Origin: an uncultured Bdellovibrio sp. | GTDB lineage: Bacteria > Bdellovibrionota > Bdellovibrionia > Bdellovibrionales > Bdellovibrionaceae | Direction: 5' to 3' | DNA length: 64,000 bases | Assembly (NCBI GenBank): GCA_963932905.1 | Contig: CAWVRN010000003.1 | Span: 1-64,000, forward strand | Shown: piece after piece, positions 18,859 to 29,338 of the stretch | Layout of the letters: each line of letters opens with the position of its first letter | Position numbering within the stretch: position 1 is the first letter of the stretch | Program-made: the position numbers and the translations under genes | The notes under the pieces: generated by a model | The model's database searches: none | Told to the model about the DNA's origin: nothing | What the model saw: the letters and a program-made list of their open reading frames with translations, nothing else

Positions 18859-21318
18859 TTTATTTTTATATTGCAGTATTAACCCAATCAATTCGTTTTT
18901 ATTAATTGGCTTGGATAGAAAATCTGTAAAACCAGCATCTAGGCAACGCTTGCGTTCTTCTTTCATCGCATGTGCCGTAAGCGCCACCACTGGACGACGA
19001 AAGCCTGATGCTCGCAATTTTTTAATCGTCGTGATACCATCCATGATCGGCATCTGCACATCCATCAAAACAAGATCATGATGACCGTCAATGGCCATCT
19101 GATAACCTTGTTCTCCGTCGGAAGCAATATCGATATTAGCGCCGACCCTCCCTAGATAAATTGAAATCAACGCTTGGTTATCTGGTGAGTCTTCAACAAC
19201 AAGAATTTTCATTCCTGATAACTGCCCCGCATTGGCAATAGTTCGCGCCGGAACGGTTTCAAAACCAAGCACGTTGACATAATTTACGTTCGGTTTCATT
19301 GTTACAGCAATTCGAACAACAAAGGTACTACCCTGTCCTAAAACGCTGCGTTTTAAATCAAAACTGCCTCCCAAAGCTTCCGACAGACTGCGCGACAACA
19401 CCAAACCCAAACCTGTTCCGCCAAACTTGCGTGTTATTGAACTATCAGCCTGTGAAAATGGTTGAAACAAATTTTGTTCTTGTTCCGGTGAAATACCACG
19501 CCCAGTATCTTCAATTTCAAATTCTAGAAAACCATCTTTATAAGCGACACACATTTCAACGTGGCCACGTTCAGTGAACTTAATTGCGTTACCAACGACG
19601 TTAATCAAAATCTGCCGCAGTCGAGTGGGATCTGTAGTTACTAACGACGGCAAAGTAGTTACCGCTTTAGATGCAAAACCAATCCCTTTTTCACGCGCTT
19701 TAAAACCCATCAAAGAAGAAAAATCGGTTAGCATTTCAGGCAAAGAAAATTCAATATGTTCAATTAACATCATCCCGGCTTCGACTTTTGAAAGATCTAA
19801 AATATCATCAATAATACGCAGCAATTGCGAAGAATTTCTTTCGATGACCGATGAAAAACTGTCTCGTTCTTCTTTCTTCAGACCGTCATCTTTTAACAAA
19901 CTAGCAAAACCCATAATCGCACCTAGTGGTGTACGAATTTCATGACTCATGTTTGCTAAAAATTGTGATTTTGCAGCATTGGCACGATCAGCGACTAAAC
20001 GAGCTTCTTGCAAATCAATCATACTGTTTTCAGCCATGATTCTAGCCTGCGTCGTTTTCGTAATATCCATTGTGGTTCCATTGAATCGGATCGGTTCACC
20101 AAGGGAATCGTACACACCTTCCCCGCGGGCTTCGATCCAGTGGACGCTACCATTTGAATGAACAACTCGATACTGAATATTATAAGGCACTCGAGTTCGA
20201 ATCGCGGCATTAATTGCTGTCGAAACTCGTTCTCGATCCTCTGGGTGGATAACCGAAATGGTTTCTTCCAAAGTTGAATTAAAGGTGTCTTTATCGATTC
20301 CAAACTGTGTTAGCAAATGATCGGTTACCGATATATTTTGAGTTTTAAGATCCAGATTCCAAAAACCGACCTGAGCGATCTCAACAGCTTTGTTTAAATC
20401 CTTTTGAGTTTCTAAAAGTTGGCTTTCGACTTTTTTAAGTTCGGTAATATCTTGAAACAAAATCAACGCCGATTCCGGCTGACCATGAATCGCGGGCAAG
20501 TGCTCGGAAAAAACTTTTATATGAAATTCACCGACGGGAGTTGTAAGTATCACTTCTTCGCCATTAACAGCCTCGCCGCGAAGCACACGAGAGGACGGCA
20601 TATCTTCAATTTTGATGAGTTCGCCATTTGGGCGCTTGGCGATCAGTACACTACCAACCACGTCGGCCGCTGTATAACCGGCATACTCAATGCCTAACAT
20701 TCGCTTAGCCGCCTGGTTTGAATAACTCACCTTCTTTGCATCTAAATCTAACAAGAACAAAGGTTTCGGAAGACGATTCAAGGCTTCACGAATCCACATT
20801 TGTTGATTTTCAGATTGCTGAAAACTTTCACTGGCCGATCGCATATCTGAAATAGAGTTACGCAAGAATATCTCGACCGATCTTGACAGACTGATTTCAA
20901 TGGCTTGACTAAATAAATTCAGCGCCTCTTTGGAAATGGCAGCTGATGGTGGGATCACCGAAACAATTGTTTCACGCAGAATCAAATATTCATGGCGTAT
21001 ATTTAGCAAAGTGTATTTGCCCGACTGGGCCCGAAACAAGCCATGAACCGCCGCGAATTTTTCAAAATCTTGTGTGTTTTTTCTACGACCACGCTGAAGT
21101 AAAAATTCAGCCACTTCATCGATCAAATCCGGAATATGATCAGCAAGATAAGTGTCTTTATGATCATGAGCGGCTGGAACTTCGGCACGCACTCGACTTA
21201 GAAATGTCGCTAGAATATTTTGTTTCTCACTGGCGATAGCCCGTCCAAAAGATTCCGGTCCAATTTGGGAAAAACCAGATATCCGTTGCAAAAGTTGATT
21301 CCAAATCGACATGGACAC
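18850..21318 (-). CDS. Hybrid sensor kinase (RsbRD-N-like, PAS/PAC, HisKA, HATPase, REC)
   Basis: HG..R..SG.Y N-terminus; FLANMSHEIRTP; NAIKFT; GGTGLGL; LVLMDVQMPIMDG; SKP. Confidence 0.93.
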   Translation of the reverse strand: MSMSIWNQLLQRISGFSQIGPESFGRAIASEKQNILATFLSRVRAEVPAAHDHKDTYLADHIPDLIDEVAEFLLQRGRRKNTQDFEKFAAVHGLFRAQSGKYTLLNIRHEYLILRETIVSVIPPSAAISKEALNLFSQAIEISLSRSVEIFLRNSISDMRSASESFQQSENQQMWIREALNRLPKPLFLLDLDAKKVSYSNQAAKRMLGIEYAGYTAADVVGSVLIAKRPNGELIKIEDMPSSRVLRGEAVNGEEVILTTPVGEFHIKVFSEHLPAIHGQPESALILFQDITELKKVESQLLETQKDLNKAVEIAQVGFWNLDLKTQNISVTDHLLTQFGIDKDTFNSTLEETISVIHPEDRERVSTAINAAIRTRVPYNIQYRVVHSNGSVHWIEARGEGVYDSLGEPIRFNGTTMDITKTTQARIMAENSMIDLQEARLVADRANAAKSQFLANMSHEIRTPLGAIMGFASLLKDDGLKKEERDSFSSVIERNSSQLLRIIDDILDLSKVEAGMMLIEHIEFSLPEMLTDFSSLMGFKAREKGIGFASKAVTTLPSLVTTDPTRLRQILINVVGNAIKFTERGHVEMCVAYKDGFLEFEIEDTGRGISPEQEQNLFQPFSQADSSITRKFGGTGLGLVLSRSLSEALGGSFDLKRSVLGQGSTFVVRIAVTMKPNVNYVNVLGFETVPARTIANAGQLSGMKILVVEDSPDNQALISIYLGRVGANIDIASDGEQGYQMAIDGHHDLVLMDVQMPIMDGITTIKKLRASGFRRPVVALTAHAMKEERKRCLDAGFTDFLSKPINKNELIGLILQYKNKLR

Positions 21319-21570
21319 AGAGTTAGATTTGACAGCGAACTATGTCAAGGTATTCGGGCTATGTACCACAAATGCCCCACTACCGGCCAACGAAAGGTGC
21401 CTGGAGTGAATTCGGGGCATGTTCGACTACGGAAGACGTTCGTGGACGCGGGTCACTTACATGGAGTCTATTGCCCAGAATATCTTGCCGAAAAATTACC
21501 GAACTAGACTGGGTGCGTTTTGCCCGCGTGGAACGCTGGACATCTTTTAAAAATAGCTGGATGATTTTCC

Positions 21571-22431
21571 ATGGGAAATTTTTTTTTAAATCATCTAGCG
21601 ATTACTTTTTTGTTTTCAATTTCAACTTTAGCACAAACTATGGTGATATCCGATATCGACGACACCGTAAAGATATCGCATGTGTTAAATAAAGGCGCTG
21701 CCTTGGCCAACACCGTCCAAATTAAAAATCATTTCTATGGCATGGGCGAATTATTTACGGCCGTTCAAAAATCAAACCCTGATTTTAGTTTTGTATACCT
21801 TTCCGCGGCTCCAGAAAAATTAATGGAAAATTTGCATGTGGCATTTCTAAAACTAAACGGCTTTCCAACCGGCGAAGTTGTTTTGCGTGAAAGCATAGCT
21901 GATAAAGATTTTAAGGTTAACGCTATCCGCGCCTTGATCGCACAGAATCTGCCGCAACGTCTGATTTTAATTGGCGACAATGGTGAACGTGATCCTTATA
22001 TTTATGAGCAAATCCGTGCCGAATACCCCAACATCCAAACTGATATTTATATTCATCAAATCTATTCTTACCGCGCCAGAAAAGAAATCGGTGTTCCACC
22101 ACAAAGTGCACAAAGACTGTTTGTCACATCGATTGATTTAGCTCGTAAATTAGTTTTAGCTCAAGATCTACCTCAGCACGAATTAGAACAAATAGCCCTG
22201 GCCACAATTCCAAAACTATTTAAACAAAACCCAAAGAAAGAATCCGGCCCGATATTCATTCCAGCTTGGGTGGATTGCCGTGATTATTTTGGAGCTGAAA
22301 ATTTAGTAGCGACTCAATGGAATTTGGATCGTCGTTGGCCTTGGCAACCTGAACGCCCACTATCAGAATGGCTAGCCGCCTATGATCACAAATTATCCGC
22401 ACGTTGCCATAGTGGTCCACTGGCTGATTAA
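21571..22431 (+). CDS. Secreted App1-family phosphatidate phosphatase-like (HAD) protein
   Basis: ISDIDDT motif, YLS, ILIGDNGE.D..IY. Confidence 0.8.
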   Translation: MGNFFLNHLAITFLFSISTLAQTMVISDIDDTVKISHVLNKGAALANTVQIKNHFYGMGELFTAVQKSNPDFSFVYLSAAPEKLMENLHVAFLKLNGFPTGEVVLRESIADKDFKVNAIRALIAQNLPQRLILIGDNGERDPYIYEQIRAEYPNIQTDIYIHQIYSYRARKEIGVPPQSAQRLFVTSIDLARKLVLAQDLPQHELEQIALATIPKLFKQNPKKESGPIFIPAWVDCRDYFGAENLVATQWNLDRRWPWQPERPLSEWLAAYDHKLSARCHSGPLAD

Positions 22432-22517
22432 AATTTAAGTCACTTTGTAATCAAAATATACAGTTTATCCTGCGAAAGTCCGTTGGCACCGCTTGCAAGG
22501 AATCCTTCCGCTAACCT

Positions 22518-22614
22518 GCTTTTGGTAATCATGGAAGTCCGGTGTGAATCCGGCGCAGTCCCGCTACTGTAAGCTTTGTGTAAACAAAGTAAGCCAGATC
22601 TTTGACCCAGAAGC
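22518..22614 (+). ncRNA. Cobalamin riboswitch, short (class II-like) form
   Basis: GGAAgtccGGTGtgAATCCggcgCAGtCCCGCtACTGTAA core, short GCTTTGT/ACAAAGT hairpin, AAGCCAGA B12-box, closing GCTTTTGG/CCAGAAGC stem. Confidence 0.88.
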
Positions 22615-22640
22615 CAAACCTGATTCCCGAGGAGGAAATC

Positions 22641-23447
22641 ATGAGGCCCTGGTTCTATCTATGTGCTATTTTAACAGCACTGAGCATTTCGTCCAACACA
22701 TATGCCAATACATGCACACAGTTTTATACTCGACATCATGAAGCCTCGATTTTAGCTCACCTAGCTTCCCATGGTATCGAAGCACGGGCGCCTTCGACGT
22801 CATCACTAAATCGTCAACAGCTGCGTGGCTATGCTGTCCTGGTAGGAACGATGATCGGGAGCGCTGCCCTCAGCACCTACGTGACAGCGGAACTTCCTAA
22901 AAACATGACATTTTTATCCCAACTGGTTGGACAAGTCGCCACCATCGGGATCTATGTATTTGGTGCACCCATTTGGGAGCCGATTTCTTCCAAATTTAGA
23001 AAAATAGCGTTTGGTTTAAAAAACGATACTGTCGCGCCGGTAGCCACCGACAATGCCTTAGAAAAGCTTTGGCAAAAAACGCAGAACAACTACAGCCTGA
23101 ATGCACAGATGAGTCGCAACGTCGTCAACTCTCTACTGCTAGCCATTCAAAATCAATTTCACCATGCTCGCATTGCTATCCACACCGGCGATAAAGAATT
23201 AGTCAGCGACCTAATGGCCGAAGCCGCTGTTCGCATGCGACAACTATTTGCCGAAGTTGATCCTGATGATTCCGCGGTTGCTTTGGTTGCACAATCTAGT
23301 TTTACCCGTCACGTTCAAAACAAGTCAGAAATCAAAGAATTGATTTGGATTAAAATCCAAGCCTTTGATGATGAAGCCAGAACGAACGCGGGCCGAGTAT
23401 ATTATCAAGCATTAATTAGTTCATGGTTTAAAGAAAACATTCAGTAG
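22641..23447 (+). CDS. Hypothetical exported/membrane protein under cobalamin riboswitch
   Basis: GGAGGA RBS then ATG 22641; signal peptide, His cluster, two hydrophobic segments, helical C-terminus. Confidence 0.75.
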   Translation: MRPWFYLCAILTALSISSNTYANTCTQFYTRHHEASILAHLASHGIEARAPSTSSLNRQQLRGYAVLVGTMIGSAALSTYVTAELPKNMTFLSQLVGQVATIGIYVFGAPIWEPISSKFRKIAFGLKNDTVAPVATDNALEKLWQKTQNNYSLNAQMSRNVVNSLLLAIQNQFHHARIAIHTGDKELVSDLMAEAAVRMRQLFAEVDPDDSAVALVAQSSFTRHVQNKSEIKELIWIKIQAFDDEARTNAGRVYYQALISSWFKENIQ

Positions 23448-23460
23448 AGAAAGGAATTTT

Positions 23461-23874
23461 ATGAAATCAAGTATTTTAGTGTTTGCATTGTGTTTATCAC
23501 TGCATGTTCTTGCGGCAGACAACGCTGCGGTCAAAGAAACCACGGTCGAAGCCTGGTTATCCGAAAGCTCATTCAACGGTAAACAGTTTGACTATACGTA
23601 CACTGTTTACGATGAAGCCCATGAAGCCAAAGAAAAAATTGAAATCGATTGTGAGTTTTCTGAATATCAGAAGCAGCCGGTTTTATCTGCGATCAAAATT
23701 AAAATAATGATTACGGCCCAGTTCGCTAGTCCCGGCCAAGAACTTAAAAAATCAGGATCGGTGGATATTCGATCGGCTATTGAATCATGCCGACGAAAAT
23801 TACCTGCAGAAATGGCTCAATTCAAAATGCCAGTTCAAGTGAAACTACCACCGCTTTCAACGCCCTCATTATAG
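23461..23874 (+). CDS. Secreted hypothetical protein
   Basis: AAGGA RBS; signal peptide; 13 nt after previous stop. Confidence 0.7.
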   Translation: MKSSILVFALCLSLHVLAADNAAVKETTVEAWLSESSFNGKQFDYTYTVYDEAHEAKEKIEIDCEFSEYQKQPVLSAIKIKIMITAQFASPGQELKKSGSVDIRSAIESCRRKLPAEMAQFKMPVQVKLPPLSTPSL

Positions 23875-23888
23875 ACCAAAGGTATCAC

Positions 23889-24428
23889 GTGCGTTTGCTT
23901 TTCTTTCCATTTCTTTTATTCAAATTGTTTACCAGCATCGCGGCCGCTGAATCCGTTAATCAATGTCGGGGATTTTACTCCCCGACGGCACGTTTGGATT
24001 CTTTTCAAACGACGCCCTCGACAAAGGCGATGATCAAGAACCTGTATGTACAGCTTCACCAAGCTAAATATGATTACTATCGATCGTCAGCATTGGTTCA
24101 CTTCATTTATGTTCATGTTAGGAAAATTGGGACTACCGAATTATTCGATTTAATAGATGAATCACCCGACCTAGATACCCGCGAAACCGTTTTGAGCATA
24201 TACATCGAGGCGAATCTTGATCGTCTCACTGTGAACGAAATTGAATCTTTGATGATCGTTTCACCTTACTATGAAACTAAAGAAAGCATTGCTTTCAAGT
24301 TTATCCAAAAATATCGTTACACTTTAACACCAGGCGAGTTCCATCGGCTTGCTCACCTTGTTCACAATGAAACTGTTAAGGGGAATTTATTTATTGTTTA
24401 TTTTTCCGACTCTTTTGCTAACCCATGA
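23889..24428 (+). CDS. Secreted hypothetical protein with helical repeats
   Basis: In-frame GTG 23889 after AAAGG gives a signal peptide; repeated T..E...L......ET.E units. Confidence 0.55.
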   Translation: MRLLFFPFLLFKLFTSIAAAESVNQCRGFYSPTARLDSFQTTPSTKAMIKNLYVQLHQAKYDYYRSSALVHFIYVHVRKIGTTELFDLIDESPDLDTRETVLSIYIEANLDRLTVNEIESLMIVSPYYETKESIAFKFIQKYRYTLTPGEFHRLAHLVHNETVKGNLFIVYFSDSFANP

Positions 24429-24574
24429 TGAGTCTTCAGAATTTATGCGACTAAAATTCACGCGCCTCATTCCAAGACACTCAATATATCATTTGCCTTA
24501 ATCATATGTTTTTTAACATGCTAATATAGTGACATGTTCACCAGGGAAGTGGAACTTTTGGAGGTTATGAATAT

Positions 24575-24811
24575 ATGGCTTTCGCGTCCTATATACTTCT
24601 AAGCATTTTCTCTTTAATCTTTTATGTATGGTTTGTTTTTAAAGGTAATATTAGCAACCCTCCGGCGGGAACCACCGACGACGACATCATCAAACTAGTT
24701 AAAAAAGGGGACGAGCTTAAAGCCTTAAAGTGGTATCGCAAAATTCACAAGTGTTCACCGATCGACGCTCGCTCCGCGATCAATAAATTAAAAATGCAAA
24801 AAACCGGGTGA
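24575..24811 (+). CDS. Small membrane protein with ribosomal L7/L12-CTD-like domain
   Basis: N-terminal TM; KALKWYR..H..S..DA..A pattern. Confidence 0.55.
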   Translation: MAFASYILLSIFSLIFYVWFVFKGNISNPPAGTTDDDIIKLVKKGDELKALKWYRKIHKCSPIDARSAINKLKMQKTG

Positions 24812-24975
24812 CCGGAAGTTTGCGATAGACGTTTCGTAATAGTTCAGTTTTTTCAAAGTCACTTTGTCTGATCGATATACCTGATCTATAAAATAGATGT
24901 GAAAAAATTATTCTATAACGACACCGTAAAATCAAAACACTTCCTCTATGACCTAATTCTGGCATAATCATCCAC

Positions 24976-25380
24976 ATGACTAAACCGAAAAAATCTGAGT
25001 TAATCCCATCCACAGTGGATAAAGAAAATCCGGCTACTTGGTTAAAGTATACAAAAAATAGCTGCAAATTTTGCGCGAGTACTTGTTGTACAATGCCTAT
25101 CGAAGTCCGCTGGGAAGATTTAGTTAATTTAAATTTGGTCACAGAAGACGACTTAGTGAGTCCTCTTAAAACCACAATCGCTAAACTAAAAAAAGAAAAG
25201 GTAATCACGGCGTATCGCAAAGAATCAGGACTATTTGCTTTAAAACAAACGGATGAGGGCAAATGTCGCTATCTGATTAACAATCGTTGCATCGTATATA
25301 AAAAGCGTCCACTCGTTTGTCGAGCTTTTCCTTTAGAAATGGGCTGGCGCCACGGCTACTGCCCACAAAAACCTATCTAA
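24976..25380 (+). CDS. YkgJ/CxxCxxCC family cysteine-cluster protein
   Basis: CKFCASTCC, C.YL...RC.VY..RP.VCR.FP. Confidence 0.88.
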   Translation: MTKPKKSELIPSTVDKENPATWLKYTKNSCKFCASTCCTMPIEVRWEDLVNLNLVTEDDLVSPLKTTIAKLKKEKVITAYRKESGLFALKQTDEGKCRYLINNRCIVYKKRPLVCRAFPLEMGWRHGYCPQKPI

Positions 25381-26657
25381 CTGAGCTGATCCCAAGACTT
25401 GGCACTTTCGATTAATCCCGATAAGATTGAATGAAAGAAATTTTTCGTCTGCATTTTTTCAGCACCAAATCGACGAATAAATTCATTTTGAATAAAAGGA
25501 ACGTGTGCTGTACCGCCGGTTAAGAACACGTGCTCGATTTGCGAATCTTTCAGGTCCGCCTGTTTTAAACAACGATCCAGTGCCGACAGAATTTCTGTTT
25601 TTACTTTTACGGACCAGTCTTCAAATTCAACACTCGAGAAAACCTCGTTCGTTTCCAGATCAGGATAGTCAAATTTAAACGAACTTGTCGACTTAGACGA
25701 TAGATTCTTTTTAGTTTTTTCAATCTCTTCGAAGAAAGCAAAAATTTGTTGATCCTCAAGCATAATGAAAAGCCGATCAATGGCCTCCTTATCTTCGGCA
25801 CGCAAAGCGCACTTACGAACTTCTTTGATGAATTCATAGGTGTCACGCTCTTTCAAATGAACAATTTGCGAAGGCTTATTTAATCGATCCATAATCGACA
25901 CCGGCATTGTCATCAAATTACTAGACATAGGAAGTCGGTATTTTGTCTGTGCACCAAAACCGCGATTTAATCGCGAGCTCATAAATACGCTATCTAGGGC
26001 ATCCCCTGCTAATGGACACCCTTCCACCGCCAGAACATCTTTCTTTTGAAACTCATCCGGGGTAATTTTCATGATAGTAAAATCGGACGTACCACCACCA
26101 AAGTCACCGATCAAAATAGTTTTATCCTGATGAATGCCACGACGAAACTCTAAAGCCGCAGCCAGAGGCTCGGGAACAAACTTAACATCGGTGAAACCAG
26201 CGAATTCGGCCGCCTTTTTCATTCGGTGAATCGCAAACTCGTCAGCCGCCGCGTCCATTGAATACCGTGCTGGTCGACCAATCACTGCTTTGGTGACTTT
26301 CGTTTTCAACACGTCTTCTGCGCGCTTCTTCAATTCAAGCAGAAACAACCCGATCATATTTTCTAAAGATAAAATACGATTTTCAAAAACAGTTCCTAGA
26401 TAGTTTTTATTGGGCAAATGTGACTTGAATGATCGAAACAGACGGCCTTCCATTTCAAGTTCCGTGTATTTTTTTAACGCTTCGGCGCCATAAAAACATT
26501 GATCGGGATTAGGAAAATACAACAAGGTACGCATCAGCGTTGGATCAGAACTCGACGGATCAATGGCTAAATCATCAACGCGTTTACCTTGATGAAGTGC
26601 CCCCACCAGAGAATGGCTTGTTCCGAAATCGATCGCTAATATGGTTTTATCAGTCAT
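25377..26657 (-). CDS. yegD: Hsp70-family protein, YegD-like
   Basis: IDFGTSHS, VIGRP, EP.AAA, DFGGGTSDF, FLTGG; no substrate-binding domain. Confidence 0.8.
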   Translation of the reverse strand: MTDKTILAIDFGTSHSLVGALHQGKRVDDLAIDPSSSDPTLMRTLLYFPNPDQCFYGAEALKKYTELEMEGRLFRSFKSHLPNKNYLGTVFENRILSLENMIGLFLLELKKRAEDVLKTKVTKAVIGRPARYSMDAAADEFAIHRMKKAAEFAGFTDVKFVPEPLAAALEFRRGIHQDKTILIGDFGGGTSDFTIMKITPDEFQKKDVLAVEGCPLAGDALDSVFMSSRLNRGFGAQTKYRLPMSSNLMTMPVSIMDRLNKPSQIVHLKERDTYEFIKEVRKCALRAEDKEAIDRLFIMLEDQQIFAFFEEIEKTKKNLSSKSTSSFKFDYPDLETNEVFSSVEFEDWSVKVKTEILSALDRCLKQADLKDSQIEHVFLTGGTAHVPFIQNEFIRRFGAEKMQTKNFFHSILSGLIESAKSWDQLS

Positions 26658-26912
26658 TTTTCTGCCTATTTCACAAAGTGAAATTTAGCATAATCTTTAG
26701 TTCAAATGCCAGCGGTTTCCCGCTTATATCAATTATTTGTTTTTTTTGAAGCCATTTCTATGTATGCAGCCTTTAAGCCCAGCCTAACGTTCGCTCTAGT
26801 TAGGACCCTTTCAGATCAGCCACGTAGTGTTCCAAGTTGAAACATCTTCTGTGTTTCTCTCTTTCACCTGGCAAAAGTACGTTAAAATAAGATCATCCAC
26901 GATCTATACGGA

Positions 26913-27656
26913 GTGAAATCTGTGAGTAAAGCAAATTGTCTGTTGGTACTTTCTTTAGGAGTTATTCTTTATTTTTTAACCGATCAAGTTTCAAGTCCAT
27001 CGCAAAAAAAGATAACTTCCGTAAAAGTTAAACCGCAGCGGTCACTTGCAACCACTCAGGATGCAGAGGTGTCGACCGCGCTGAATTCCGATATTCCAAT
27101 TTCAGAAACAGTTACACCAATTGATTCTTATACGCTATTGCAAGAGACACAAAAGAAAGTTCCCATCGACGAGGTGAAAGAAAAAGCAAAAGTGAGCGCA
27201 TCGAAAGAATGGGTTGCGACGTTTCCGACACCAAATAGTCCGGCCGAGGAGCTTGTGCTAGAGATGTTACAGTATAAAATGGAAAACAATACCGAAGAAT
27301 TTAGGCGGTCATTAAACAGATTGTACCTTTTAAAGGAATCCAATCCTTCATTTAACAAATATATTATAGATTGTGTACAGCATGTGGAAAATCCATACGA
27401 TCAGGGTATTCGAAGCTTTTTCTACGCTATTGCATATTATCGAGGTCAGGATTTAAGGTCTATACAAGATTTGGCATTAAAAGACTTAAACGATATAACT
27501 CAATACTCCGAATTAGTCATTTCGAAGCAGTCCAGCGATCTAAAGAGTGTTCTCGAAAAACTCGAAGCTCATTTGAATTCACAGAAATTATCGGAAGCGG
27601 AAAGAGGTACAATTGAATGGGAGGCTTCGGCCGCCTTAGATATGCTTTTATTCTGA
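26913..27656 (+). CDS. Hypothetical membrane-anchored protein
   Basis: N-terminal TM, GGAG before GTG. Confidence 0.6.
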   Translation: MKSVSKANCLLVLSLGVILYFLTDQVSSPSQKKITSVKVKPQRSLATTQDAEVSTALNSDIPISETVTPIDSYTLLQETQKKVPIDEVKEKAKVSASKEWVATFPTPNSPAEELVLEMLQYKMENNTEEFRRSLNRLYLLKESNPSFNKYIIDCVQHVENPYDQGIRSFFYAIAYYRGQDLRSIQDLALKDLNDITQYSELVISKQSSDLKSVLEKLEAHLNSQKLSEAERGTIEWEASAALDMLLF

Positions 27657-27889
27657 CATCTATTAAAATATCAACAGCTTTAGATAGGCATTGGAGTGCG
27701 AATACCGAAGGGTTTAGGCAAAACACAACTTGATTAGCGCGTTTGATAAGCCCACAATCAAATTAACTAGACCGTATCGCCAGCAATGAGAATAGAAAGT
27801 CTGTGGAAGAGGTAGTCTTAAGAGACTTAGTTTTATATTCTAGAGAAGAATACTTATTTTACTCGCGCTGGCGGGGAAGTTTGTTTATC

Positions 27890-29113
27890 TGTAGAAGTTT
27901 AGACTTGATCTGACAGTCGCCCATTTGTTCAGCAAGTTATTTGTACTGTCAGTTTAAGTTTAAGCCGAGATCCTTTTGTCTCCAGATTTTAATTCCGTCA
28001 ATAAAAGTTTCCATCGGTGTTCTTCCATTGCACATTTTACCTTGGTGAGTTCTCCTTTCGTTATATTCTATCATCCACTGACCTAAATCAGTTTGTAAAT
28101 CGTCCATAGTTTTATAAATTTTCTTTCTAAAAGTGATTTGATAAAACTCTTGTAAAATTGTTTTATGAAATCGCTCACATATTCCATTGGTTTGTGGATG
28201 AGCAACTTTAGTTTTCGTGTGTTCTATATCATTGACGCCTAAATAAAGTTGGTAATCGTGTTGATCGACTTTGCCACAAAATTCAGTACCACGATCGGTA
28301 AGGACTCTAAGCACTGGCACTGAGTAGCTTTCAAAGAACGGCAGCACCTTGTCGTTGAGTAAATCCGCAGCGGTAATCGGTGTTTTTTGATTGTAAAGTT
28401 TGGTGAATGCAATTTTGGAGTAAGTATCGACAAAAGTTTGCTGATAAATTCGTCCAACACCTTTAATTGTGCCAACGTAAAACGTGTCTTGCGATCCCAA
28501 GTATCCTGGATGAGCGGTTTCTATTTCACCACTAGCGATGTCGTCGTCTTTCTTGCGCTCTAATGCTGCAATTTGAGCTTCCGTATAGACAATTCCTTCA
28601 GTGGCACTCTTGGCTTCTAGCGCTGCTAGCCGCTTTCTAAACTTTTCTAAATCATGGCGTAGCCAAATGCTCCGAACTCCTGCCGGAGAGAGGAAGATTC
28701 CGTTTTTACGAAGTTCATTGGCAGCGCGCTTTTGCCCGTAAGCGGGAAAATCAATAGCCATTTTTAAAACGCTGGACTCAATTGTTTCGTCCACTCTATT
28801 TTTGAAGTTTGGCTTCTTGCGAGTTCTCTCGTTAAGCGCTTCGATCCCACCTTCGTCTTTTAGCTCTTTATATCGGTAAAATGTGTCACGAGAATAGCCC
28901 ATTACTTTACAGGCCTTAGAAACATTTTGTAATTCCTCAGCTAAATTCAATAGTCCGAGTTTGTTTGAAATGATTTTTTGTTGTATTGTTTGCATGCTCA
29001 GTTATCCTTTAGGGGATTGGCCCCTTTTGTTTGTTAATGCCAAACAAAAGGGTAACTGAGTTTTCCACATCTTTTCTATTCCAGATGTGTCAGATCAAGT
29101 CTTAACTTCTACA
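27890..29113 (-). mobile_element. IS481-family insertion sequence (1224 bp)
   Basis: 26-bp terminal inverted repeats with TGT...ACA ends (27890-27915 and 29088-29113, 25/26 identical) around one transposase. Confidence 0.93.
27949..28995 (-). CDS. IS481-family DDE transposase
   Basis: N-terminal HTH (NVSKAC..MG.SR.TFYR), QDT, TDRG.EF, PQTNG..ERF. Confidence 0.95.
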   Translation of the reverse strand: MQTIQQKIISNKLGLLNLAEELQNVSKACKVMGYSRDTFYRYKELKDEGGIEALNERTRKKPNFKNRVDETIESSVLKMAIDFPAYGQKRAANELRKNGIFLSPAGVRSIWLRHDLEKFRKRLAALEAKSATEGIVYTEAQIAALERKKDDDIASGEIETAHPGYLGSQDTFYVGTIKGVGRIYQQTFVDTYSKIAFTKLYNQKTPITAADLLNDKVLPFFESYSVPVLRVLTDRGTEFCGKVDQHDYQLYLGVNDIEHTKTKVAHPQTNGICERFHKTILQEFYQITFRKKIYKTMDDLQTDLGQWMIEYNERRTHQGKMCNGRTPMETFIDGIKIWRQKDLGLNLN

Positions 29114-29338
29114 ATTGATTGAACCTACAATTTTTAAAATCATAAAAATTATCCATTTTGAGACTAACTAAAATCTCTACTACAACTAAACTCTTTGAGT
29201 TGAATCAAAATGATTAATATCTAATCTGTGAAATTATTTTATTCTGCCTTTAAAGCCAATAGACATGATTCATTCTGCATTTGAAACGTATGCGAAGCTA
29301 AACTTTTTTTTCCGACTTCCGAATTATTCAGACAATAT

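Noticed and set aside
21342..21692. Short overlapping ORFs with CPTTG...YCPE (possible frameshifted Zn-ribbon gene)
   Set aside because: Motif incomplete, no clear RBS, overlaps neighbouring genes
22484..22497. TGGCACCGCTTGCA sigma54-like box before the riboswitch
   Set aside because: GG-to-GC spacing is 8, incompatible with the strict -24/-12 spacing
22602..22640. Upstream TTG start for the riboswitch-controlled gene
   Set aside because: Lies inside the riboswitch; ATG 22641 has a strong GGAGGA and gives a signal peptide
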